NCBI GenBank assembly: GCA_964016885.1
Contig: OZ024741.1
Coordinates: forward strand, 381,052,001 to 381,116,000
Direction of reading: 5' to 3'
Origin: Eledone cirrhosa
Lineage: Eukaryota
DNA length: 64,000 nucleotides
The position numbers and the translations under genes are program-made. The notes under the pieces were generated by a model, which saw only the letters and a list, made by a program, of their open reading frames with translations, was not told where the DNA came from and searched no databases. Numbering within the stretch: position 1 is the first letter of the stretch; every line of letters starts with the position of its first letter. This document shows, piece by piece, positions 1 to 15,197 of this stretch.

Positions 1-37
1 TATATATATATATATATATAATATATATATATATAAT

Positions 38-132
<95 letters not shown>

Positions 133-135
133 ATA
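1..135. repeat. (TA)n/(TG)n microsatellite (one of many such tracts in the window)
   Basis: Direct dinucleotide runs; similar tracts at ~1330-1470, 6187-6369, 14833-15316, 19030-19113, 19330-19469, 20240-20382, 35045-35122 and 41320-41372. Confidence 0.95.
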
Positions 136-475
136 GTGGAGTACTTCCCTATTATCTTTGGTAAGGTAAGAAAAATTATGTGCACAGAAAACCACGATTC
201 ATCAGGAGTTTAAAAATAATGAATAAGTCTTAGACAATTACAGTTTTTGTTGTTGAAGACCGTTTGAATTTGGTAAACTTTATTTTTTCCCCCATCTTCC
301 TGAAGAAATGCAATTATAGTTATTATGTATGATGTTAATAATTCATAATTCATTCTTTCCTGTTGTTTCATATGCATGTGCCATTGTAACCGTATTGAAA
401 CGGACGTAGTACTAATAAAATGAATTTAAATTGTTAACCTTCGTATTTTGTCATATTCTATATATATATATATCG

Positions 476-620
476 TCCATCGTTCAGAAATAGCCGTCGA
501 AACGGCTTGAGCTCTGCCGTCGGGGTCATACATTTTCCTATTACCCACTCTACTATATTAAGTATTGAGTACTCTGGTGCGTTATGGTCCATCTGTTTCC
601 TTACCACAACTCCTTCGTTA
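476..620. repeat. Dispersed ~150-bp repeat embedded in (TA)n, probably a Penelope-like terminal fragment
   Basis: Sequence gtcgaaacggcttgagctctgcc...gagtactctggtgcgttatggtccatctg...ccttcgtta recurs inverted at ~15317-15452 and direct at ~19527-19663, each next to (TA)n. Confidence 0.7.
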
Positions 621-667
621 TATATACATATATATATATGTGTGTGTATACATGCATATATATATAT

Positions 668-850
668 AGGTACAAGAGCATCGTGCTGCCGACAGTGCTT
701 TATGCGAGCGCGACCTGGAAGAGTATGGCAAAAATAGAGAGACGGCTGATCGCTTTCCACCAGCGGTGCCTGCGAAGGATACTTCGTGTGTCCTGGCGCG
801 CCCGTGTGTGAAACGAGGAGATCCTGCGGAGAGACGACTCGTGGACGTTA
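668..850 (+). pseudogene. Short decayed RTE-type LINE fragment (post-RT region)
   Basis: YKSIVLPTVLYASATW...RLIAFHQRCLRRILRVSW resembles YRACVLSCLLYSCETW...LERFHQMCL of the RTE at 2267-5155. Confidence 0.7.
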
Positions 851-1048
851 CAGATATATATATATATATATATATATATATGGGATAACAAGTTATCGTT
901 ATATGTGATCCACTTAGAGGTAGTCCGGTTAGAGTACTCCGTGTTGTGAGTGGTTTAAGCGTGCGGGTTAGTTTGACTCAACAAGATGCTTCCATAGTGA
1001 TGCAGCGAATTCGCGGTAGTTTCTATGCAGGTTATACTTGGAGTAATA

Positions 1049-1137
1049 ATAGTTAAAGAAAGAAGAGTAACATGGTTGGCTGTACAATAAAGCCCTTATT
1101 GTACAGCCAACCATGTTACCCTTCTTTCTTTAGCTAT
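1049..1137. repeat. Fold-back inverted repeat (~40-bp arms, 5-nt loop) ending at (TA)n
   Basis: agttaaagaaagaagagtaacatggttggctgtacaataa-agccc-ttattgtacagccaaccatgttacccttctttctttagct. Confidence 0.9.
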
Positions 1138-1147
1138 ATATATATAT

Positions 1148-1274
1148 TTTCTGAGGACGGCATGTATATGTGAAGGTATGTATATTTCCTCTGATAATTT
1201 GTAATATTTTTACATAGATCTATATTGATATACATAACCAACACATATATACATCCCAGAAACGATCGTAAAAT
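1148..1274 (+). ncRNA. Type I hammerhead ribozyme motif with extended stem II
   Basis: CTGAGGA 1151-1157; stem II arms ggcatgtatatgtg / cacatatatacatccc around a long insert; GAA 1259-1261; palindrome ACGATCGT 1262-1269; GUA triplet; only ~3 bp of stem I remain (truncated by TA tract). Confidence 0.6.
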
Positions 1275-1330
1275 GATGATTTTTTTAATATAAAGAACTT
1301 GTTCTTTGTGTTTATTACATTGTTTTTATT

Positions 1331-1441
<111 letters not shown>

Positions 1442-1480
1442 GTGTGTATATATATATATATGTGTGTATACTTTTTCTGC

Positions 1481-1620
1481 TTTTGGCACGGATCCAGCGA
1501 CTGGCTAGCGCATCACTGGTACTCTCTTTTGTTGACTCCGTGGGGATGAAGGGCAAGGTTGATCTCGGCGGGATTTGAGCTCAGAGCGTGGAGAGCCATA
1601 ACTCTATGCTGTAAAGCAAT
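1481..1620 (-). mobile_element. tRNA-derived SINE fragment
   Basis: Reverse complement of gagttcaaatcccgccgag...ccttcatcc...gtcaacaaa...gtaccagtgatgc, shared with the SINE cluster at 25316-26350. Confidence 0.75.
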
Positions 1621-2192
1621 TATAATAATACTGGACTGTAATACGATCAGCTTCAACTATACAAACTCTTGAAAGTCAACAGTTGACATAATCTTGTAAT
1701 CTTGTATCAGTAATGACGGTAATATATATATATATATGTGTGTGCGTGTAAGTGAGTAGAGTAGCGTGTGTGTGTGTTTGTTTGTATGTATGTGTTGCTG
1801 TGTGCGCGCATATGTATGCGTGTGTGTGTGTATGTCGTACGTATAAGTGTCAATAAGTGAGTTTTTTTTTTTTTTTTTTTTTTTTTGCGCGGGGACATAG
1901 AAATAATCGGGCTGGATGCCGATCGCGCAGTTAAACCACTGGGAGTGAAAAACCCCTAGCCCTTGTCAGGGCATTCTTCTAGGAGAAGGCATCTCAGGAA
2001 ACTGGGTTAACTCCGATATAAAACCTGCGGCTCAGTAGTTACCGATGATGTTGTTCTTTTCTTCTTTTCGGGTTATAGCTACTGTCGCTCAGAGAGTGGG
2101 ATTGGCTCAGTGCACAGTCTTTCCTCACTTTAAAAATATTCGTCACGCACAGGCATTGCACGAGTGCATTAATGATTATTAATAGTGTACTA

Positions 2193-2223
<31 letters not shown>

Positions 2224-2225
2224 TA

Positions 2226-2256
<31 letters not shown>

Positions 2257-2266
2257 CCCCAATTCA

Positions 2267-5200
2267 ATGATGTTCCAGAACAATGTAAAAGAGATAATTG
2301 GCAATTTAGGTTCTGGAACAAAAAAGATCATTGGCAATTTAGGTTCTGGAACAAAAAAAATCATTGGCAATAAGGGCAGGGGCCCCAAGTTATCACAGCC
2401 TGGGCCCGCTCGTCATCGTGCCATTGTAATAGAGCCAAACAAGGCATTTAGTCTTGGCTGCTGGAACGTACGGACACTGATTGACAGGGATTCCTTGGAG
2501 CGTCCTGAACGAAGGACCGCTCTTGTTGCAAAGGAGCTTCGACGTTACGATCTTGACATCGTGGCTTTATCTGAGACGAGGTTAGCTGGAGATGGTCATC
2601 TTACGGAATTTTGTGGAGAATACACATTCTTCTGGAAAGGAAGAGATGAAGGAACCAGAAGAGAGGCTGGGGTAGGATTTGCTGTTAAGACTGTACTTGT
2701 GAATAAATTAGAAGAATTCCCAGTAGGGATTAGTGAGCGTCTTATGTCCATGAGAGTTCCGCTTGACAAAGGAAGATATGCTACCCTGGTGAGTGTGTAT
2801 GCTCCAACTATGAATTCTGTCGATGAAGAAAAACTGTCCTTTTACCATGCCTTGAAAGGTGTTCTAAGAAATATCCCTCAGGCAGACAAAGTCATCGTGC
2901 TTGGTGACTTTAATGCTAGAGTGGGTAGGGATTTTAACACATGGAATGTAATCGGAAGGCATGGGGTGGGAAAGTGTAACAGCAATGGTATGCTCCTGCT
3001 GCAGATGTGTGAGGAGCTGGATCTGTGTGTTACCAACACCATGTTCCAACAAAAGAACAAATTCAAGACCACATGGATGCATCCTGCATCTAAGGAATGG
3101 CATCTTTTGGACTACGTCCTAGTCAGGATGCGTGACAGACAGGATGTGCAGTGTGTTCGTGTTCTTCGTGGAGCTGAGTGCTGGACGGACCACCGCCTGG
3201 TACGCGCAAAAGTGAAACTAATCACCAAACTTAAAATCCGGGCTCCTGGTGTTACCCTGCCCAAAAGATTGAATGCTGCTCGTCTTAAGGATACAAATGT
3301 GAAGAGGACATTGGAAGAAGAGATGCAGGCTGCAGATCTTGGTGAGGATTGGCCGACCCTTAAAAAGTCGGTTTATGATGTAGGCAGGCGTATTCTGGGA
3401 TTGGTGCAGAGAAAACATCAGGACTGGTTTAATGAGAATGATGTACATATAGAAGACTTGTTGGCTGATAAGAGGCGTGCTCTGTCACGCTACTTGACGG
3501 CAAAACCACAGGAGAGGAATACGTTGCATGAGGAGCTCAGGGATGTAAAATCACGTGTTAGGCGGAGTCTTTCTCAGATGAAGGATCAGTGGTGGAGTGA
3601 GAAGGCTGGTGAGATACAAACTGCGTCTGATTCCAATAACACAAAGCTGTTGTACAGTCTCTGGCGTGAGGTTTATGGACCGTCTTCTTCTCTGGTGACA
3701 CCGCTTCGCAGCAAGGATGGCAAAGAACTTCCTCGTGACTCACAGGGAATTCTACGAAGGTGGCGAGAGCACTTTGATGATCTTTTGAATCAGCCGTCTG
3801 TCGTCAGTGAAGATTTCCTCAATCTCATTCCAGAAAGTCCCGTGAAAGTAGCTCTCGCAGAACCTCTGACGCTTGTGGAGGTTGCAGTGGCTATTTCGAA
3901 GCTGAACAGTGGAAGATCTCGAGGTATGGATGGCATACATGCTGAGCTCCTACAATATGGTGGTGAGAGACTCCTGCAACATCTGCACTCTTTGTTTGGA
4001 AGGATATGGGCTAATGAATCCGTACCTGAGGACTGGAGAGATGCAGTAATGGTGGTCTTGTACAAGGGAAAGGGTAACAGGAATGATTGTGGGAACTACA
4101 GAGGTATATCATTGCTTTCTGTCGTAGGGAAAGTTTTATGTAGGGTGCTTCTGGACCGTCTGCTGACACACATTGCAGATTGTGTTCTTCCTGAAAGTCA
4201 ATCTGGTTTTCGTGCTGGACGCGGCACTACTGATATGATCTTCTCAGCTAGACAGCTCCAGGAGAAGTGCATTGAACAAGGCTTGGATCTGTATCAGGTT
4301 TTTGTCGATCTGACAAAGGCTTTCGGTACTGTCAACAGAGATGCATTATGGAAGGTTCTCCAGAAACTTGGTTGCACTGATAAGTTCCTTGCATTAGTTA
4401 GGTCTTTCCATGACGACATGAAGGCTTGGGTTAATGTCGGAGGTAACATGTCGGAGCCTATCTCAGTAAAAAATGGAGTGAAACAGGGGGATATTCCAGC
4501 ACCGACCCTGTTTGCCATATACTTTGCAATGGTTTTCTGTATTGCATTCAGGAATTGCGAGCATGGTATTTACATCCGATATCGAACCTCAGGCAGCATA
4601 TTTAACATCAGGCCCTTTGCTGCGAAGACAAAGGTGTTTACATCAATCATAAGAGACCTCTTGTATGCAGATGATTGCGATCTTGTAGCGCACACAGAGA
4701 GTGAAATGCAGCACATTTTGAATGCATTTTCTGACGCTTGCACTGCCCTGGGTTTGACTATCAGTCTCAAGAAAACCGTCGTCATGTACCAACCTGCCCC
4801 TAGTAAGCAGTACACTGAACCAAACATCTATGTGTATGGCAAACGACTTGGAGTGGTTGATCAGTTTGTCTACCTGGGAAGCACTGTCAATCGATACGTC
4901 AACCTTGACGGTGAAATCTCACTTAGGATTAGGAAAGCAAGTGATGCTTTCGGAAAGCTAGAAAGGCGACTCTGGGGTCGGCGAGACATATGCAGGAGGA
5001 CAAAGGTAAGGGTGTACAGGGCATGTGTACTCTCTTGTCTTCTTTATTCCTGCGAGACCTGGGTCACATATCGACACCACCTTAAGCAATTGGAGCGTTT
5101 CCATCAGATGTGTCTGACGGATCCATGGCGTTCACTGGAGGGACCACATCAGTGATGTCGAGATTTTGGAAAGCTCTATGTGTGACAGTATAGAAGCTCT

Positions 5201-5843
5201 TGTGCTTAAGCAGCGACTCCGTTGGAGTGGTAACCTTGCCAGAATGGAGGATTCTAGAATACCAAAACAACTCTTCTATGGAGAGTTGGTTAAAGGAAAA
5301 CGACCGCCACATAAACCAAAAAAGAGGTATAAGGATTCCTTGAAAGCCTCTCTGAAAGACGCTAACATCTCTGCTGATACATGGGAAAATATTACTGCTG
5401 ATCGTAATAAATGGAGAAAGACTGTATATGAGTGAAAAGTTGCCTCTGAGGCATCTCGAATCGCACACGAGAAAGTAAAGCGGGATGTGAGGAAGGGCAT
5501 TGCTGTTGCACTTCCAGACGGCGAGGGTCCTCCTATGGTGCTGACATGCAGCGTCTGTGCGAGACTCTGCCTAAGCAAAGCTGGACTCGAAAGTCATCTT
5601 CGCAGTCATAAAGTAAGACCAGTGGTTGACTACCAGGCTGCTGTTGGAGATGCTACTCATAATGCTTGCCAAACATGTGGTAGAGAATGTAAATCAGCAG
5701 GAGGGCTCAAGCGACATGCAAAAGTACACGAACTCCAACCACAGCCGACTATTGCCAGTGAATGTTTTGGTTGCCGACTCTGTGCAAGACATTTTAGATC
5801 ATTGGCTGGGCTAAAAAGCCACATTCGATCGCAGCACTGTTAG
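2267..5843 (+). pseudogene. RTE LINE ORF: AP endonuclease + reverse transcriptase + three C2H2 zinc fingers, disrupted near the 3' end
   Basis: APE motifs GCWNVRTL, ALSETR, VYAPT, LGDFNARVG, LDYVL, TDHRLV; RT motifs YRGISLL, QSGFRAGR, VDLTKAFGTV, GVKQGD, YADD, YLGS; frameshift ~5115-5165 and TGA at 5433-5435; CxxC..H..H fingers in ORF 5487-5843. Confidence 0.93.
2287..2372 (+). repeat. 33-bp tandem repeat (about 2.6 copies) at the RTE ORF 5' end
   Basis: Encodes K(E/K)IIGNLGSGT twice plus KKIIGN. Confidence 0.85.
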
Positions 5844-5948
5844 TTGCTATCGTGTGTGTGTGTGTAGATATGCTTATGTGCGTGCGTGTGTGTATATATA
5901 TATGAATATGTATATTATTATTGTTGTTGTCGTTATTATTATTATTGC

Positions 5949-5988
<40 letters not shown>

Positions 5989-6091
5989 GTTATTAATGTA
6001 TGTGTGTGTCTATATGTGTATGTATGTGTGTATGTATATGTGTATGTATGTATATATGTATATATATATATTTTTTTTAATTATTTTTTTA

Positions 6092-6129
<38 letters not shown>

Positions 6130-6369
6130 TTTTTTTTTTTTCTTCTCGTGCAATGGCCATACTCGATAACGAGGGGGCAGCCATCATGTGTGTATATATA
6201 TATGTGTGTGTATATATATATATGTGTGTATATATATATACATGTGTGTATATATATATATATATGTGTGTATATATATATATATATGTGTGTATATATA
6301 TATATATAAGTGTGTATATATATATATATATGTGTATATATATATATGTGTGTATATATATATATATAT

Positions 6370-9300
6370 TTCGTTTCTGAATTTGTTTAGCAAGATTCTT
6401 TATCTGAAAACGTGTGTTGAAACCGATATTGTTATGCTTTGGGAGGGTCATGTTACCAGTAAGAAACACACGCACAAGTTGCTTTCACTTCAATTTATTA
6501 TAAATTAAATTTATAAATTTAGGAATTTATAAATTTCCGGTTGGTTGGTTGGTTCCACAACCAGACGATTGTTCATATATTGTCAAAGTTCTTTCGTCAC
6601 ACATTCTGTCACCTCTTGAGTGACTGGGGATTCTTTTCTTTGTTTTTGTGCCTCTCCTTTGTTCTGTCCTACGCAATCTTGTTTTTGTGTGTGTTGAGTG
6701 CTTAGTTTGCGCATGTGTTACATCCGGGTGTCTGTGTGTGTTTATATTTGTTTATTTATTTGTTTATTTACATGTTATTGGTTGGTTGTTTGTTCTATGT
6801 GTGTGTGTGTTTTCATTTTGTCCTTAATTGTAAGTTGTGATGTTACTGTTCCATTCATATTTTCTATTTAATTTTGGTTGGAGTTCATTTATGTGTATTG
6901 CCTCCGTGATCTGTCTAAACATTGCGTCTTTTGTGTGTGTAGATTCTATTTTTATTTCTATGTTTTTTAATTTACCCTTATGTTCTATTTTAGCATATTG
7001 GTGGAGTACAGATGATTCTTTAGTATCTTGAAGGTCTCGCCAGTGTTCATTTATCCGTTCCCCTATACTACGAGCTGTCTCACCTATGTACACTATATTC
7101 TTATCTCTACATTGTCCTTCAGTACTTCTTATGCTATATACTACATTTATAGTTTTATAGCTAATATGGGGGTTTAGTTTACAGATTATACATTTCTTAT
7201 CTATACAGGGAGGTCTTTGAAAAGGGTATGTATTGATAATAAGTGTTTTTATAGAGGTACCTGGTCTTTCTACTATCTTAATATTGAGTTTATGTTTATC
7301 TAGGGCCCTTCTAAATTTGTAAGCTATTCCACCTCTAGGGGTTGTATCGATGAACATTACACTCTGGTATTTATTGCTATCATATCATGAGTTTATTCTA
7401 TTAACATTATTCCTAGTTCTTTCTATTCTATTCCAAAATTTGCTCCTATACAAGGGGCAGGTCCCATTTGTATCATTATTTACCATTTTTTTCCCCATTT
7501 GCTTCTGGCTCCTCTATATACTCTGATTTTACCTTTCTGATTGTAACCAGAGAACTGAATACGGTAGATGAAGTGTTGTATGTGTCCCTCTAGTTCTTTG
7601 GGGTTGCACATGCGGGACACGTTTCTCATCACCCGTACCAAATCCGCAATCAGTATGTTAATTTTGATATGGTCCGAAACAGCTGAGTTTCGGTGGATCA
7701 GATATTTAGAAGTCATGGGTTTGGCATAATGGGAATAGAGGATTTGTTTTTTGTTATTAATGGTATCTAACCAGAGCTATGTGTCTAGTACAGGTAATCG
7801 ATGATTGGGGTGTTTGCTTGTATAGTCTATAGTAACTCTAATACTCTGGTGGATGGAGTTAGCTATTTGCTGTATGCTTTCCTTTGTATTTTTCTCTAAT
7901 TCATGACTGTTCTCTAGTGGGGATGTTTTTACTACGATGTTTATATCGTCAACGTAGCGGGAGTACATTATCAGGGTTAAGAGGTTGCTGTCTTCTAATT
8001 GTTCTTTAAGTTTAAGTCTATTGTCCCACCATACCATGAATAGGTTAGCTATGTCACCTGCAATGCTAACACCAATGGCTGCTCCATCCTCTTGGGCATA
8101 TGTTTTTCCATTAAATTTGAACATATGTTCCTTAAGGGTTAATTTTATACTGGCCCCCACCGAATGTGCAATCATTTTCTTTAGTCCATCGTGGTTTTCT
8201 GTGTGGGTTTACTTGGCCATTGAGGTAATGGTAGGTGGTCTGCCTCTTGCTGGTCTTGTAGAGCACATGTTGCTAAGGTCATATGTATCTAGATAATCAT
8301 TACTATAGGTAAGTTTAAGTAGGAGTCCCAACTCACTGGTATCAATCCCACGGAATTCAACATTGCTCTCACTGATCATTTCTACGCATTTCTCCACAGC
8401 AAAATCCACGTCAATAGATGGATACAGGGACACAACATCCATACTACCTATTATGCACTTTGTTAGGTCCCTAGATCGGTTACCCTCGCTGATTCTGCTG
8501 AGGAGGTCCTCCGTGCTGTCACATATATCTGGGGACATTTCAATGATGGGGCGTACGATCAGGGAGAGGAAGTAGGAAAGTCTGTAGTTACTAGCAATGT
8601 TAGCTCCACAGACTGGCCGTATTGGTGCTCCTGTGACAGGGTCACTGCTCGTTTTATGGTCTTTGCGGAGCCCATACAACGCTGGCACGTCATTGTTCCA
8701 GGCCTGGAAGTTGTTGGCAACCTTTTGTTGGGCTGCATTATATTTGTCCACATCATCATATGTGCATTGAGGGCTTTTTCCCTATCCTCATGCTGTTGTG
8801 GTGTTACATCTCTTGTGTTAGTGATGTGGGGTTGCATTGCCTGGATGTAGTTTGACAGACTGTCAACCGACATTCTGCAAGACTTTTCTGTTGGAAAGCA
8901 TGCAATCTCTCCATTACGCGAGCGCTGCATGAGCTTACGCAAGCCATTTGCAGATTTTTCTCCCAGTTGCTGGGCCTCCATTCTATTTTGCTTCTTGCTA
9001 TACTGTTCTATAATTTATCTAAGTTTAGATTTAGCTATACTAAATTGTGCTTCTGTTTGTTCATCAACCTGCGACGGCAATTGCGTGCGTTTGTTTAAAG
9101 CTAAAGGCGTGGCGTGGACTCGTCGTAGGTCGAAGGACATATCGGAAGGATTATAACAAGTAGAGTTCCAGGCTGCTGCTTTATGTGTACTATTGTTATT
9201 CTTATTGTTAGTTGTGTTATTTCTATTTCTATTTCCACCAACAGCCTCATGGTTATTTCTCTGTCTCTCATTGTTACTCCTGTCTCTTTCCTCTGGCTCA

Positions 9301-10790
9301 TTGTTATTATGTACTCTATTTTGTGTGTCTGTGTGTTCGTCCTGGTTATTTTCTCTGTCAGTATCGATAGTGTCCCTTCTCCTTTCAATCCTTTTACCTT
9401 CCCTTATTTCTGTGTTACGGTCATTACCTGTTTTCTGTGTCTGTGTGTTTAAGTTGTGGTGGTGGTGAGAAGCATAGAATGTGTGTGTGTTGTTGTTGTT
9501 GGTGTGTGCTGTTGTTGATGTGTGTTGTTGTTGTTATCTCCGTGTATGTTATTACTGTTGTGTTTGTTGTTATTTCTGTTTGTTTCTGCGTGTGTTGTTG
9601 TTGTTTCTGAGTATGTTATTATTGTTGATGTGTGTGTTGTTGTTATCATTGTTTGTGTCTGTGTGACTGTTGTTGTTGGGATGTGTGTTGTATGTGTGTG
9701 TGTGCGTATGTTGTTACTTTCGGTTTTTTTTTCTTTTGAGGCTCCAACGTAATTTTGTAAATGATTTTTCTATTTCTGGCAAGCATTTTATCATATTTAC
9801 CTTATTACATGTGGCATATTTAGGTGGTAGCTGTAATATCGATAATTCATCAGAGTTGACTGTAGTGTTGCCGTATATATTTGTGTTGTTGTTGTTGAAT
9901 TCATCTGTTAATGAGATGTCGGCCACATTTATACCGTCAATTTTGTCGGGATATCTATCGATATTCTCTAAAGTATCTTAATTTAGTTTTTTCTGTTTGA
10001 ACCACTTTAGTTTCTTGTTAAAGTGCTTGTCACATTCTTGAACAATGTACTTTTCTTCAAGACATATAAGGTTTATAAATATTAATTTTTCTCTTGGTGT
10101 GGTGATCTTAGTTATTTCTTGTATTAGGTTACGCTTAAGTTTTTCTTGATGACTTAATTCTCTGTAAATCTTTTTTTTATGTTTAGAATTAGTGTTCGTT
10201 TCAGCCTATCTGCTTGCTTTTTGATGAGTTGTAATCTTCTTACATCGGTGTTGATGGTGTTGGTGTAAACTCGGGACGAGATACATTCTTTTATGAAGTG
10301 TAGTTGTCGAGATTTTATTGTTTTTCGTAGACAACAGAACATGGTGGTTTTCAGTATCTTGTTAGCCTGGCTGAGACTTACGATATTTCGTTTCTGAATT
10401 TGTTTAGCAAGATTCTTTATCTGAAAACGTGTGTTGAAACCGATATTGTTATGCTTTGGCAGGGTCATGTTGCCAATACGAAACACACGCACCAGGTGCT
10501 TTCACTTCAATTTATTATAAATTAAATTTATAAATTTCCGGTTGTTTGGTTGGTTCCACAACCAGACGATTGTTCATATATTGTCAAAGTTCTTTCGTCA
10601 CACATTCCATGACCACTTCAGTGACTGGGGATTCTTTTCTTTGTTTTTGTGCCTCTCCTTTGTTCTGTCCTACGCCATCTTATTTTTGTGTGTGTTGTGT
10701 GCTTAGTTTGCGCATGTGTTACATTCTTTTTCAATTCCCTTTTGAAGTTCTTCCACTTCAATCCCTCATTTAAAGCTGTCTAGAACAGCA
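6370..10790 (-). mobile_element. Penelope-like element with direct pseudo-LTRs, decayed; RT and linker resemble the Naiad-type PLE group
   Basis: Direct repeats ~6368-6725 and ~10385-10725; RT motifs GSMDVVSLYPSI, QEDGAAIG, RYVDDI, RLPVLD; GIY-YIG ORF 6824-7357 (CIDKKCIIC linker, VVYSIR, YIGETARSIGERINEH, EAIHINELQPKLNRKYE); many frameshifts. Confidence 0.88.
6824..7357 (-). CDS. GIY-YIG endonuclease domain of the Penelope-like element
   Basis: VVY...YIGET.R...R..EH and E..I....PKLN motifs in a 177-aa open frame. Confidence 0.85.
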   Translation of the reverse strand: MFIDTTPRGGIAYKFRRALDKHKLNIKIVERPGTSIKTLIINTYPFQRPPCIDKKCIICKLNPHISYKTINVVYSIRSTEGQCRDKNIVYIGETARSIGERINEHWRDLQDTKESSVLHQYAKIEHKGKLKNIEIKIESTHTKDAMFRQITEAIHINELQPKLNRKYEWNSNITTYN

Positions 10791-12539
10791 TGAACATCAT
10801 AACGTTGTTTAGTGGAGTCAAAAGACATCGACTGCTAAGAAGATTTTAATATTGTGAATTATAGGTAGAATATACCCTCAGCCAAACAATGCTGTTTCGA
10901 CCCACTATGTTGTTTTCATAGAGAAGTGAATATAGCTTATACTATTTATGCGGAGAGAACATAAACATCCCAACTAGACAGTTAACTCTCTCCTGCATCA
11001 TTTAGTATATATAGCTTTAGTGACTAGTCAAAGTAAATGAATTAGTTTTTTTATGAATGAATGTTTCCCGAGAATATATTTTTATATATATATATATGTA
11101 TTGACCTATAATTTGGGCAATTTAAACTCGGCGAGCTCATCTCTATCCCAGGTCTGAACAGAGAAGGAAAGAGAGAATGCAGGAGGAAATAAAAAATACA
11201 TATAGAGAAGGAATTGTCCCTAGTACTAAACTGCTACATTATTATTGACATCAAAACAATGAAAGGCAAAGTTGAACTCAGCTGGATTTGAACTCAGAAA
11301 GAGCAGCTAGCCAGGATGAATACCACAAAACATTCTATCACACGTTCTAACGATCTGAAGATTATGTACATATATATGAGAGGAAGGCGAGTACTGATGA
11401 GTTGTTATGAAACAGAATGGCCTGTCAGCAGGATCGTCTTCACAAGCTGCCAAAAAACTATTACTGGTGCCTAATTTTACATCGACGTTAAATACATATG
11501 GATACAAATCTCATATTTATTTATTCATAACTCTTGCTGTATTTGGTTATGTACGTAATAGTTTAGTCGATATTATACTTTCATGTATTTTATGAAATAG
11601 ATAGATATACACGTAGGTACGAAGATATCAATGCAGGTAGGTGGGTAATGAATGAGTAATGTTAATAGTGAAGGAAAAGTAGAAAAGCAGCGCAGTACAG
11701 AGAAAAATATGTATATGTGTAAATGTTGCTTATATTTGTGTATCTTTCAAAAATTCAGAACAGCCTAAAGCATTCATACTTTTACATATATGAAGAAACA
11801 GATTTCCAAACAAATACTTCTAAATGAGTTTACTGTTATGTTTTCTAGTACCATAACTTTTAATTAACAGAAAGATTTATACAAAGAACAGGTGTATAAT
11901 GTAGTCATGAATGCTGCCTTGTGTTGGGATTATTTATTTTATTTCCCATAGCAAGAATTTTTTAAGTGCAAACACTGTTTTGATAATAGATAAAAATATT
12001 TGTATGCCAGCAAAATATATTTTCAGTTCGTGATAGTGATGCACTGTTTTGTACAGGTCTTTTGAGATAGTGTTAAATAAATATACACACTGATATATAA
12101 GGTATTAAGTACAGTCAGTATTGGCAATGGTTAATTCAGTGAAAAGCAATAAATGAGGTGTGATAGGGTAGTGAAGGAAGAAGAAAAAAATTAATGTCAT
12201 CAAACAATAAAAAGTCATGCCCAAAATATTATTTTCCATGGCACTGAATCGCTTTTCACATTATTATTATATTTTCAATTTGGCTTCTTATAACAATAAT
12301 TGTATTTTTCATAATATGATTTAAGTCATATTTTCATGACAAATACCACTACAGTACATAATATTGGGCAATCCACTTTAAGAGTTTGTGTACATTTTTC
12401 GAAATATGTCTTTCTGTGAAAAGCCGAAGGTCAGTATTTCATAAGGGTGCCTCTTCATTTAGTGGAAGCAATATCATTTTTAACTAGTATGTATAAACAA
12501 GAAAGGCAGAAACATTAAAGGGGGTCATGTTTCGGTTTG

Positions 12540-12775
12540 TGAGGGCATGTAGCCTAGTGGTAAGTGTGTTGGAATTACGATCGTAATGTCGTGAGTTCGG
12601 TTCTTGGGCTGGGCTGCATGTTGTGTTCTTGAACACTACATTTCAGGCTGCTCCAGTATATTCAGCTGAAAATGAGTACCAGCAATAGTTGGGGGGATTA
12701 ACTCTGCGATGGACTGGCGTACTCTAAATCGCTTCACGCCATGAAACAGGGATAAGCACCGGCAGTAACATGATG
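12540..12775 (+). mobile_element. tRNA-derived SINE (second family)
   Basis: A-box-like tagcctagtgg and B-box-like gagttcggttc in a tRNA-like head, followed by aaaatgagtacc and gcgatggactggcgt segments. Confidence 0.65.
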
Positions 12776-12872
12776 CATGCATGAGGGCATGCATCATATA
12801 AGTGTTTGAACATAGAGTCTGGAAATTGCATATCATTCTAAATTTTATCCGCAACTTTCCATCAATTGATAG

Positions 12873-14946
<2,074 letters not shown>

Positions 14947-15002
14947 TATACGTATATATATGTATATATACGTATATATATGTATATATACGTATATATA
15001 TG

Positions 15003-15049
<47 letters not shown>

Positions 15050-15135
15050 GTATATGCATGTATATATATACATACACACACAAATATATATATATATATA
15101 TATATATATGTGTATGTATATATATATGTAAATAC

Positions 15136-15197
<62 letters not shown>

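Larger units (their letters stand above)
1900..6186 (+). mobile_element. RTE-clade non-LTR retrotransposon, near full length
   Basis: Long APE+RT ORF plus zinc-finger tail; probable 3' UTR remnant (...gataacgagggggcagccatca) at 6141-6186 separated by microsatellites; 5' boundary approximate. Confidence 0.9.
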
